NCBI GenBank assembly: GCA_014381485.1
Contig: JACNLN010000087.1
Span: 1-42,964, forward strand
Source of the DNA: Fidelibacterota bacterium
Lineage (GTDB): Bacteria; Fidelibacterota; Marinisomatia; Marinisomatales; CAZVFT01
Reading direction: 5' to 3'
DNA length: 42,964 bases
A program made the position numbers and the translations under genes. The notes under the pieces were generated by a model that worked only from the letters and a program-made list of their open reading frames with translations, did not search any database and was not told the DNA's origin. Numbering within the stretch: the stretch's first letter is position 1; the number at the start of each line of letters is the position of its first letter. Below are positions 30,285-39,178 of the stretch, piece by piece.

Positions 30285-30677
30285 ATGGCAGAGAAAACAA
30301 AAAGGAAAAGGAAGAAAAAGAAGGTACGAGTGGAGCCCGAAGGGGTTGCCCATATCAAGGCAACTTTTAACAACACGATTATCACTCTTACAGATTTACA
30401 TGGAAATGTAATTTCTTGGGCTAGTTCCGGGACAGTAGGATTCAAAGGTTCACGGAAGAGTACCCCCTTTGCCGCTCAGCAAGCAGCTGAAAAGGCCAGT
30501 AAGGAAGCGATAGATTTGGGACTTCAACAGGTGAACATCAGGGTGAAAGGTCCCGGTTCTGGTAGAGAATCAGCTATCCGTTCTTTAGCTGTAGCCGGAC
30601 TTGATATCTTGACTATCAAGGATGTAACCCCAATTCCGCACAATGGATGTAGGCCCCCAAAGCGACGCAGGGTATAA
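30285..30677 (+). CDS. rpsK: 30S ribosomal protein S11
   Basis: [29 protein letters not shown]. Confidence 0.99.
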   Translation: MAEKTKRKRKKKKVRVEPEGVAHIKATFNNTIITLTDLHGNVISWASSGTVGFKGSRKSTPFAAQQAAEKASKEAIDLGLQQVNIRVKGPGSGRESAIRSLAVAGLDILTIKDVTPIPHNGCRPPKRRRV

Positions 30678-30693
30678 GGGAGGTTTATAAAGA

Positions 30694-31311
30694 ATGGCTA
30701 AATATACTGGTATGAGAGGAAAAATAGTTCGAAGATTTGGTGATAATATATTTGGAAATCCAAAGTTTGATCGAATATTAGAAAGAAAGAATTATGGTCC
30801 TGGACAGCATGGGCAATCCCGAAGAAGGCGTCCATCAAACTACGGACTTCAATTGATGGAAAAGCAAAAGATGAAATATACATATGGTCTGTTAGAGCGA
30901 CAATTTAGGCGTTTTTATAAAAAAGCAGAGAAGATGAAAGGAGAAACCGGTATTAATCTTGTCCAGTTATTAGAAAGACGTTTAGATAATGTGGTATTTC
31001 GGTTAGGATTTGCAACCACCCGTAACTCAGCTCGGCAGCTTGTAAATCATAAGCATTTTTTGGTAAATGGTAAGCCAGCAAATATTCCATCATACATAGT
31101 TAAACCGAATGATGAGATCAAGGTTCGTGATAAAAGCCGTAAGCTCACAGTAATTCATGATTCACTGAAGCGGATCAAGGGGGATCTGGATTTGCCCTGG
31201 TTAAAACTGGATAAAGCAACTTTGACGGGAACCTTTCTCCAGATTCCAGAGCGTGACCAAATTAAGGAAAAATTCACAGAACAATTGGTTGTTGAACTTT
31301 ACTCAAAATAG
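30694..31311 (+). CDS. rpsD: 30S ribosomal protein S4
   Basis: PGQHG, LERRLDNVVFRLG, VVELYSK. Confidence 0.99.
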   Translation: MAKYTGMRGKIVRRFGDNIFGNPKFDRILERKNYGPGQHGQSRRRRPSNYGLQLMEKQKMKYTYGLLERQFRRFYKKAEKMKGETGINLVQLLERRLDNVVFRLGFATTRNSARQLVNHKHFLVNGKPANIPSYIVKPNDEIKVRDKSRKLTVIHDSLKRIKGDLDLPWLKLDKATLTGTFLQIPERDQIKEKFTEQLVVELYSK

Positions 31312-31332
31312 AATCATAAGGGTGAATATAAT

Positions 31333-32307
31333 ATGAAAAAAAATAAGGTCTTTAAATTTAAGGTAGATAAAAAATCGTTAACAGACTCGTATGGTTTGTT
31401 TACCCTTGAACCCCTTGAGAGAGGGTATGGAATTACCATTGGAAATGCTTTAAGAAGGGTTCTTCTGACTAGTATGCCAGGCGTGGCTATTATTTCAGTT
31501 AAAATCGATGGAATTCTTCACGAATTTGCCACTATTGAGGGGGTAAAGGAAGATATGGCGGATGTTATTCTTAATCTGAAAAAGATCAGGTTTAAAACCT
31601 CAGAATCAACACTGGATAAGGTTGCATTAGTTTTGAAAGGACCGGGTACTTTTATTGCTGATGATATTGATGAAGCATCTGAACAGTTTGAGGTCTTGAA
31701 TCGGGATCAATACGTTGCAACAATGAATAAAGATGCCAATTTTACCATGGAACTTCAGATTGGTATAGGTAAGGGGTATATTGATGCTGACAATCATCAG
31801 AGAATTGATGAAACCATCGGGACTATCTATATTGATTCTATTTTCAATCCTGTGTTGAAAGTATCTTACGATGTGGTGCCCGGTTCTTCCGCAAAAGATA
31901 GTTTTGAGAAGTTAATTCTTGAAATAAATACTGATGGTGCATCTACACCCATGGATTCGGTCAATTATGGAGCATCGGTTTTGATTGACCACTTTAAACA
32001 TTTTTTAATTCCTGACGCGTTACCGGTGCTTGAAATCACGGAAAAGGTGGATGATGAAGTACTCAGGATCAGGGCTTTACTCAATCAATCTATTGAGGAG
32101 ATGGAACTTTCTGTGAGGAGTCACAACTGTCTTCAAGCCGCTGGGATCAAAGTCATCAGTGATTTAGTGTCAAAAAGTGAAAGTGAAATGTTGAAGTATA
32201 AAAATTTTGGTAGAAAATCTCTCTCTGAGTTGGTAGAAAAATTGGCTGAGATGGGACTTACATTTGGGATGAATGTTGAAAAATATAAATTGGAATCTGA
32301 TAAGTAA
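31333..32307 (+). CDS. rpoA: RNA polymerase subunit alpha
   Basis: EPLERGYGITIGNALRRVLL, LSVRSHNCL, NFGRKSL. Confidence 0.99.
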   Translation: MKKNKVFKFKVDKKSLTDSYGLFTLEPLERGYGITIGNALRRVLLTSMPGVAIISVKIDGILHEFATIEGVKEDMADVILNLKKIRFKTSESTLDKVALVLKGPGTFIADDIDEASEQFEVLNRDQYVATMNKDANFTMELQIGIGKGYIDADNHQRIDETIGTIYIDSIFNPVLKVSYDVVPGSSAKDSFEKLILEINTDGASTPMDSVNYGASVLIDHFKHFLIPDALPVLEITEKVDDEVLRIRALLNQSIEEMELSVRSHNCLQAAGIKVISDLVSKSESEMLKYKNFGRKSLSELVEKLAEMGLTFGMNVEKYKLESDK

Positions 32308-32318
32308 AAGATAAACAG

Positions 32319-32777
32319 ATGCGACATCAAAAAAGAGGTAGAAAACTTGGTCGGACGGCGAGTCACAGGAAGGCACTACTGGCGAACCTTGCTTCGTCAT
32401 TGATTGAACATAAGCGAATTGTGACAACCGATGCAAAAGCGAAAGAAACACGTAAATTTATCGAGCCCATAATTACCAAAGCAAAAAAAGGGGATATTCA
32501 CTCTCGAAGAATGGTATTAAGGAAAATCCCCCGGAAGAATATCGTTAAGATCCTCTTTGAAGAAATTGCTCCAAAATATACCGACAGACCCGGGGGGTAT
32601 ACCAGAATTGTGAAATTGGGCTTTCGTGATAACGATTCTGCTCCTGTTTCTTTACTCGAGCTTGTAGATTTTGAAGTTAAAAGCAGGAAGAGCGAAGAAT
32701 CCAAAAAAACTAAAAAATCAAAGAAAAAGGCAACTAAAGCCGAATCTGTCGAGGATACTCAAACAGTCGAATCTTAA
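32319..32777 (+). CDS. rplQ: 50S ribosomal protein L17 with charged C-terminal tail
   Basis: MRHQKRGRKLGRTASHR, RPGGYTRI. Confidence 0.99.
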   Translation: MRHQKRGRKLGRTASHRKALLANLASSLIEHKRIVTTDAKAKETRKFIEPIITKAKKGDIHSRRMVLRKIPRKNIVKILFEEIAPKYTDRPGGYTRIVKLGFRDNDSAPVSLLELVDFEVKSRKSEESKKTKKSKKKATKAESVEDTQTVES

Positions 32778-32795
32778 GCTGGAATAAGAACGTAT

Positions 32796-33959
32796 ATGGA
32801 TAGGATTAATAAGGCAGCATATTTCGTTGCCTTTTTTATTATACTTCAACTGCGACTTTTTGCTGGGGAAAATGACCGGCACTTTTCCTTCCGATCTATC
32901 TGGATTGTTCGTTCGTCAATGATTTCGGAAGAAGAAATTGACAAAGCTCTGATATTTGCAAAAAAGAATCAATTTAACCATGTGTTTGTGCAGGTAAGGG
33001 GTCGTGGAGATGCTTTTTACAAAAGTAGTATAGTTCCCAGAACGTACTTAGTTCGTAATCTACTGTTTGATCCACTCTCCTATGCGATTCAAAAGGGCCA
33101 CCAATTAGGTCTTCAAGTGCATGCCTGGATGAATGTGTATTTACTCTGGTCATCAATTCAAAACCCAATCTCACAAAAGCACCTCCTAATTCAGCATCCA
33201 GAATGGGTAGATAAAAGCCTGTTATCAGAATTAAAAACTGAAATAAATCCTGAATATCCTAATAATGGAAATGATTGTAAATATCTGTCTCCCCTGGTTC
33301 CTGAGAGTCAGACATATCTATTGACAGTTTTACAGGAAGTTTTAGAAAATTATAATTGCGATGGTCTTCATCTTGATTATGTACGATTTTGCGATATAGA
33401 ATATGGTTACAACTCTATAGGATGCGGGAAATTTGAGAATGAGCATGGTGTCGATCCTCTTGAATTATTCACAAAGGGAAATCAAACATTATCTGGGACA
33501 AAACTTGATCATTTTCGAAACTTGTGGAACCAATACCGAAGAGATGCTGTGACTGATCTTATAAGGCAATGTGGTAATTTAGTATTGTCTATCAAACCAT
33601 CATGCATATTGTCGGTAGCTGTTAAGCCAGATCTTGAGGAGGCAAAAAAGCGATATTATCAGGAATGGGACCGATGGCTCGCTGAAGGATTGGTTGATTA
33701 TGTGGTACCGATGAACTATGATCCCTCATTGCGGAAGTTTGCCCATAACATTGATATCATTCATGATAATATTCCCTCTAAGTACTTACCCGGAATTGTT
33801 ATGGGAATTGCCACTTATAATCAAGATGCTCTCGATGCTCGGGATAAAGTGAGATATACAAAAGTTACAGGTTTTTCTGGGATATCGGTTTTTTCCTATG
33901 ATTCCCACAAAAATAATCTCGATTTTTTTACTCCTGTTATCATTGATATAAACCAATAA
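32796..33959 (+). CDS. Exported family 10 glycosyl hydrolase-like protein (GHL10/DUF187, YddW/DigH-like)
   Basis: Signal-like N-terminus; VFVQVRGRGDAFY, FDPL, VHAWMN, DGLHLDYVR, QEWDRWL, DYVVPMNY motifs. Confidence 0.85.
   Translation: MDRINKAAYFVAFFIILQLRLFAGENDRHFSFRSIWIVRSSMISEEEIDKALIFAKKNQFNHVFVQVRGRGDAFYKSSIVPRTYLVRNLLFDPLSYAIQKGHQLGLQVHAWMNVYLLWSSIQNPISQKHLLIQHPEWVDKSLLSELKTEINPEYPNNGNDCKYLSPLVPESQTYLLTVLQEVLENYNCDGLHLDYVRFCDIEYGYNSIGCGKFENEHGVDPLELFTKGNQTLSGTKLDHFRNLWNQYRRDAVTDLIRQCGNLVLSIKPSCILSVAVKPDLEEAKKRYYQEWDRWLAEGLVDYVVPMNYDPSLRKFAHNIDIIHDNIPSKYLPGIVMGIATYNQDALDARDKVRYTKVTGFSGISVFSYDSHKNNLDFFTPVIIDINQ
32811..32837 (+). terminator. Putative intrinsic terminator of the alpha operon
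   Basis: AAGGCAGC-ATATTTC-GTTGCCTT stem-loop followed by T-tract, 34 nt after the rplQ stop. Confidence 0.55.
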
Positions 33960-34100
33960 CTCTTGCAAGATTCTGGATTATGTCCTGTTGTGTAATCAGA
34001 CACAAATTAAATTATTTCTCACACTGAGGAACTACTATAAGTAACTGTTTCATATTGTATAGTTAAAACGAAAATTGTACTTTTGTGAAGGTGTTATTTA

Positions 34101-34928
34101 ATGCCAATGAAGAGTGATATCGCAAAAAGAATAGTTGTTATTATCCTGGGAGTTCCTGGGATTATTCTCCTTTTATGGAAGGGTGGAATCTGGTTTGCAG
34201 CTCTTATTACTCTCGCGATGCTTCTTGCCCTCCGTGAATTTTACCTGATTAGTGCTAAAAAAGGTGCATCCCCATTATTGTGGGTTGGGTGGGTTGTTAC
34301 GCTTCTCGTTGCTTGGATGTATTATGGTGGAGTACCATCGGGTAACTCCTTGATCTTTTATAATATTTTTATTGTTGGATTTATTTTGACGATAGAGCTT
34401 TTTCGTAACAAACCCAATCCAACACGGAATATTTCTATCACCATTTTTGGTATTGTGTACATTTCTCTCTTTTTAGGTTCGTTAATTGCATTACGCAACT
34501 GGGATGATATGACAGGATTCCACCTGACATGGGGCGTCTTTATATCTGTCTGGATATGCGATACCACCGCTTATCTCGCAGGGAAAAAATGGGGTAAGAA
34601 AAAGATGATGGAGCGGGTAAGTCCTAATAAAACCGTTGTTGGATGTGTGGCAGGCATGTTTGGGGCAGCAATAACGTATGTGATAATGTACACTTCCGGA
34701 TTTTTAGGTAACCTCTTTGATTGGGGAGATATAATTGTGTTCGCGGTTATATCTGGAATATTTGGACAAATGGGTGACTTTGTGCAATCTTTGATAAAGC
34801 GAGATATGGAAGTGAAAGATTCAGGGAAGTTCTTATTGGGGCACGGCGGTGTTTTTGATCGTTTTGATTCCCTGTTTTTTGCAGCACCGTTGACCTATAT
34901 TTATCTCCAACTTTTTGTACCGTATTAG
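34101..34928 (+). CDS. cdsA: Phosphatidate cytidylyltransferase
   Basis: Multi-TM; DTTAY, SPNKT, GDFVQSLIKR..VKDSG..L.GHGGVFDRFDS. Confidence 0.96.
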   Translation: MPMKSDIAKRIVVIILGVPGIILLLWKGGIWFAALITLAMLLALREFYLISAKKGASPLLWVGWVVTLLVAWMYYGGVPSGNSLIFYNIFIVGFILTIELFRNKPNPTRNISITIFGIVYISLFLGSLIALRNWDDMTGFHLTWGVFISVWICDTTAYLAGKKWGKKKMMERVSPNKTVVGCVAGMFGAAITYVIMYTSGFLGNLFDWGDIIVFAVISGIFGQMGDFVQSLIKRDMEVKDSGKFLLGHGGVFDRFDSLFFAAPLTYIYLQLFVPY

Positions 34929-34969
34929 TTACATTCAAATAGATGATATTTATTCAATAAAGTAGTTTT

Positions 34970-35404
34970 ATGACCGGGATTGATAATAAAGATAACAAAT
35001 TTTTATGGAAGGCATATCCTGCCCTTGAGCGTAAATTTGCATTTATTTCTACAACACTCGTGATTATCGCTATTTCAATCTTACTTTACATATCCTTTCA
35101 AAGTCTTTTCTGGAGTGTCTTTTCCGTAGTGATTCTAATTATTTCTTTAAACAGATTCTACTTTCCAAGTGTGTATTCCATTGATTCTCAGGAAATCATA
35201 GCTAAATATTTTTTCCGTAAACAGCGATACCTCTGGAAAAATATCCGTAGATTTAATTACACGAAATATGGTGGATATCTATCTGGTAGGAAACAACCTT
35301 CACGGTTGGATGCATTTCGCGGTATGCATATTTTATTTGGCTCTCATCGAGATGATATCATATCTAAAATTCAAACTTACTTAAATAAATCTGATACACA
35401 TTGA
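34970..35404 (+). CDS. Hypothetical membrane protein (2 TM plus small basic soluble domain)
   Basis: 144-aa ORF, two hydrophobic segments, 4-nt overlap with next gene. Confidence 0.75.
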   Translation: MTGIDNKDNKFLWKAYPALERKFAFISTTLVIIAISILLYISFQSLFWSVFSVVILIISLNRFYFPSVYSIDSQEIIAKYFFRKQRYLWKNIRRFNYTKYGGYLSGRKQPSRLDAFRGMHILFGSHRDDIISKIQTYLNKSDTH

Positions 35405-35790
35405 GCTGGTTAAAACACGCATTTGCTGTTGATGAAGTTGGTTCAGTACAACCTACTGAGACGCAGAAAGTTGTTGTTGATCGAGTATGTCAAGAAATTG
35501 CGAGAAGACATCTCACGACTCCTGCGCTTCTTTTTCTTGAGACATTTCGTCCCCTGAATTTTATTGGGGCACAAGCGATGCATTTTTTCCATCCGATTGT
35601 TTCAGCTATTCTAAGTGGTGATGGTTACAGGCATTTTGCGGAGTTTCTTGAGAAAAGGGGAAGTGTTGATTATTTCTGTGAAAGAATTGAATACTTTGAA
35701 GAACAATATTCCAAACAGAAATCAACTGGTGGAAGGAGTGATAACAACCCAAAAAACGAAACTTCAGATATTAATGGCCATGTTCTATGA
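35401..35790 (+). CDS. Hypothetical protein
   Basis: 129-aa ORF, TTGA overlap with previous gene; amphipathic core PALLFLETFRPLNFIGAQAMHFFHP. Confidence 0.75.
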   Translation: MSWLKHAFAVDEVGSVQPTETQKVVVDRVCQEIARRHLTTPALLFLETFRPLNFIGAQAMHFFHPIVSAILSGDGYRHFAEFLEKRGSVDYFCERIEYFEEQYSKQKSTGGRSDNNPKNETSDINGHVL

Positions 35791-35819
35791 AACAATTGAA
35801 TAAACACGAAAATCATGTC

Positions 35820-36005
35820 ATAGCCCCGTCCTTTAGGGCGGGGTTGAGAAATGTGAACATATATTATGACGCCGTTTCCGCATGTCCCGACAAGTCGGGA
35901 GCGGACAGGCACGGCGTTATTTACGAAAGAGCTTGTCTAATAAAGGGCGTGAACGCCCTGTCTTGTTATTGCGATTTTATTCCCCGCCCTAAAGGACGGG
36001 GCTAT
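35820..36005. mobile_element. Non-autonomous REPIN/MITE-like element with 24-bp terminal inverted repeats
   Basis: ATAGCCCCGTCCTTTAGGGCGGGG (35820-35843) is the exact reverse complement of 35982-36005; internal hairpins 35869-35917 and GGGCGT-GA-ACGCCC (35945-35958). Confidence 0.75.
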
Positions 36006-36109
36006 AGATATATTCAATCAGTCAGAAGCCGGATAGGAACTGATATAAATTGTGATACATCAACGTTAATTTTCCTGATTAATTATTCAGATTCAGAAAT
36101 GAAATAGAA

Positions 36110-39100
36110 ATGTTGAAACGAAGTGTAAATCCCGCAACGGCGGGGAAAATAATCGATCCTGAAAAGATTAATGTTATTCTCGCTACTGATTGTGGAAGTA
36201 CAACCACAAAAGCGATATTAGTACAAAAAATAGATGGTCACTACCGCCAGACTCATCGGGGAGAAGCTCCATCCACAGTAGAGGAGCCTTTTGCTGATGT
36301 TACAGTTGGTGTGATAAATTCGGTGACTGAGGTAACAGAGTTAGCTGGACGAAGACTGATTGATGACAATGGTAAGATTATCCAACCAGCTACAGAGAAT
36401 GAAGGATGTGATCTCTATATTTCCACATCCAGTGCTGGTGGTGGACTTCAGATGATGGTGGCAGGTGTGATTCGAGAGATGACGGCTGCCAGTGCAAAGC
36501 GAGCGGCTCTTGGTGCTGGTGCCATCGTTATGGATATTATTGCCTCCAATGACAGGCGGAAACCGCACGAGCAGATTCAACGAATTCGCGACTTACGTCC
36601 CGATATGATGCTGCTGTCCGGGGGTACCGATGGCGGAACAACTACTCACGTTGTTAAAATCGCAGAACTTGTAGCGCCGGCAAAACCGCAACCAAGATTT
36701 GGTGCACAATATCAACTTCCTATTATTTATGCAGGAAACAGGGATGCCATTCAAAATATCGAAGGACTGTTTCAAAATGAAGAATTTGATCTGTCAATCG
36801 TTGATAATTTGCGACCTGTATTAGAAATGGAAAATCTTAGTCCCGCCCGGGATGCTATTCACGATCTCTTTCTCGAACACGTTATGGCACACGCACCCGG
36901 TTACAATAAATTGATGGATTGGACAGATGCTCCAATTATGCCCACACCGGGAGCGGTTGGAAATATTCTCCAGACTATCGCTGAACAGCAGGGTATTAAC
37001 GTGGTGGGAGTTGACATAGGTGGAGCCACAACAGATATCTTCAGCATCTTCGATGGTACATTTAATCGGACTGTGAGTGCAAATCTTGGGATGAGCTATT
37101 CCATTTCGAACGTTTGTGCTGAGACAACTATGCCAAATATCCTCAGGTGGGTACATCTGGATATGGAAGAGCGGAGCGTTCGGAATCGTGTGAAAAACAA
37201 GATGATACGACCAACAACTATTCCACAGTCAATGGAAGCGTTAATTTTTGAACAGGCAGTAGCCCGCGAAGCACTCCGGTTGGCTTATGAACAGCATAAA
37301 GAATTTGCTACCACCTTGAAAGGTGTCCAGCGCCAGCGATCTGTGGGGGATACTTTCAGTCAGGAGATGGGTGGACTGACGATTGTTGATAATATGAAAC
37401 TGAACCTTCTTGTAGCGTCAGGAGGAGTTCTTTCCCACGCGCCAAGGATGCATCAAACTGCATTGCTTCTCATAGATGCCTTCCAGCCTGAAGGAGTGAC
37501 AACATTGGCAAAGGATAGTATTTTTATGATGCCACATCTTGGTGTGTTGGCACAGGTACATCCTCAGGCTGCTATGGAAGTTTTCGAAAAGGATTGTCTG
37601 ATCTACCTCGGAACAGTTATTGCTCCAGCGGGTCGTACAAAAGCCGGTAAGTTGTGCTTTTCCTATAAAATTAGCGGTGAGACACTGAATGAATCCGGAG
37701 AAATCATATTTGGAGAGATGAAATTATTTCCTCTCGGTTTAGATGAAACAGCTGACATTATTATTGAACCACCTAAATCTTTTGATGTAGGAAATGGGCC
37801 TGGGAAACGATTAAAGAAACAGGTGCGTGGCGGTTTGGTAGGATTGATTCTCGATGGTCGCGGTCGTCCTCTGAATCTTCCCGAAGATCAATCGCAATCT
37901 AAAATCTCTGTCGGTCAATGGGTTGATGATATTGATCTGTATCCTGTTCAACAGGTGGAAGAAAGGGACGCTCCTCCTTCAATTTCTGTCGATACAGAAA
38001 AAACAGGAACAGCAAAAGAAATTGGACCTAAAAAGGCTCACGCTTATACTCCCGGACTCAAAGTTACTCATCGGACAACTATCCAGCGACGACGGGTTCT
38101 TCCTATTCCCGGGAAAGTCGTTGTAAAAGTTGGAGATATGATTGAGGCTCAGCAAGTGGTGGCGGAAACGTTTATGCCCGGTGACGTCATTCCCATAAAC
38201 CTCGCCAATTTACTCTCACTGCCACCGGGAGATGTCCCCGAATGTATGGTAGTCAAAGAAGGAGACAAAGTAGAAGTGGGAGATATCCTTGCCAGAACCA
38301 AAGGGATATTTGGATTTTTTAAGCATGAATTCAGGAGTAAAGATGCTGGCAAAGTTGAAACCATTTCGGAGGTGACGGGACAGGTAATACTCCGTGGTCC
38401 GGAGCATCCTGTTGATGTTCTGGCTTTTTATCCCGGAAAAATTGTAGAAGTGATTGAAAATCAAGGTGTAATCATCGAATCTGAAGTCACGTTTGTTCAG
38501 GGTATTTTCGGAATAGGGGGTGAAACTTTTGGTAAAATCAAGATGGCGTGTGAATCTCCTGATGAACAATTAACTGAGGATCATATCACTCCGGATATGA
38601 AAGGGTGTGTTATCGTTGGTGGTGCCAGAATGACTGCAAAAGCAATTAACAAAGCTGTGGAAGTGAAAGCTGCTGGCATTGTTTCTGGAGGTATTGATGA
38701 TCAGGATTTAAAGACATTTCTGGGATATGACCTGGGAGTGGCTATTACCGGTTCTGAAAATCTTGGAATAACTTTGATTATCACGGAAGGTTTTGGAAAT
38801 ATTGCTATGGCTGAACGAACATTTAATCTTCTCAAATCCAGAGAAGGGGGTGAGGTTTCCATAAATGGTGCGACACAGATTCGAGCAGGTGTCATAAGAC
38901 CTGTTATTGTTATTCCTGTGGATGAAACCGTTCTCCCTGCGGTAGATGAAAAGGATCATATATCCGGTCAATTGGAAATAGGATATCCCGTTCGAATTAT
39001 TCGCGATCCTTTCTTTGGAATTATCGGAAAAGTTCATAGTTTACCACCTGAGCCACAGGTACTTGAATCAGGTTCAAAAGCGCGTGTACTTAAAGTTTCA

Positions 39101-39178
39101 GTTGATTCAGGTTCGCCAATTACGATTCCAAGGGCTAACGTAGAACTCATTGAAGGAGAGGGAAAGAACGAATTGTGA
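36110..39178 (+). CDS. GlmL/MutL (glutamate mutase L)-like ASKHA ATPase fused to an uncharacterised ~380-aa C-terminal module
   Basis: Phosphate motifs ATDCGSTTTKA and GVDIGGATTD, SSAGGGL, LLSGGTDGG, MPTP, ASGGVLSHA; low-complexity linker around aa 613-642; C-module starts AHAYTPGL with VKVGD/VKEGDKVEVGD repeats and a KOW-like end. Confidence 0.8.
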   Translation: MLKRSVNPATAGKIIDPEKINVILATDCGSTTTKAILVQKIDGHYRQTHRGEAPSTVEEPFADVTVGVINSVTEVTELAGRRLIDDNGKIIQPATENEGCDLYISTSSAGGGLQMMVAGVIREMTAASAKRAALGAGAIVMDIIASNDRRKPHEQIQRIRDLRPDMMLLSGGTDGGTTTHVVKIAELVAPAKPQPRFGAQYQLPIIYAGNRDAIQNIEGLFQNEEFDLSIVDNLRPVLEMENLSPARDAIHDLFLEHVMAHAPGYNKLMDWTDAPIMPTPGAVGNILQTIAEQQGINVVGVDIGGATTDIFSIFDGTFNRTVSANLGMSYSISNVCAETTMPNILRWVHLDMEERSVRNRVKNKMIRPTTIPQSMEALIFEQAVAREALRLAYEQHKEFATTLKGVQRQRSVGDTFSQEMGGLTIVDNMKLNLLVASGGVLSHAPRMHQTALLLIDAFQPEGVTTLAKDSIFMMPHLGVLAQVHPQAAMEVFEKDCLIYLGTVIAPAGRTKAGKLCFSYKISGETLNESGEIIFGEMKLFPLGLDETADIIIEPPKSFDVGNGPGKRLKKQVRGGLVGLILDGRGRPLNLPEDQSQSKISVGQWVDDIDLYPVQQVEERDAPPSISVDTEKTGTAKEIGPKKAHAYTPGLKVTHRTTIQRRRVLPIPGKVVVKVGDMIEAQQVVAETFMPGDVIPINLANLLSLPPGDVPECMVVKEGDKVEVGDILARTKGIFGFFKHEFRSKDAGKVETISEVTGQVILRGPEHPVDVLAFYPGKIVEVIENQGVIIESEVTFVQGIFGIGGETFGKIKMACESPDEQLTEDHITPDMKGCVIVGGARMTAKAINKAVEVKAAGIVSGGIDDQDLKTFLGYDLGVAITGSENLGITLIITEGFGNIAMAERTFNLLKSREGGEVSINGATQIRAGVIRPVIVIPVDETVLPAVDEKDHISGQLEIGYPVRIIRDPFFGIIGKVHSLPPEPQVLESGSKARVLKVSVDSGSPITIPRANVELIEGEGKNEL

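Noticed and set aside
35670..35912. Minus-strand 80-aa ORF
   Set aside because: Spans the repeat element and the antisense of the upstream gene; no recognisable protein features
35787..36107. 106-aa ORF as a real protein
   Set aside because: Consists mostly of the palindromic element; the mirror peptides APSFRAG and PRPKGRGY come from the inverted repeats
36110..39178. DNA mismatch-repair MutL or a bona fide glutamate mutase locus
   Set aside because: Motifs are ASKHA-type rather than GHKL; no GlmE/GlmS ORF in the window
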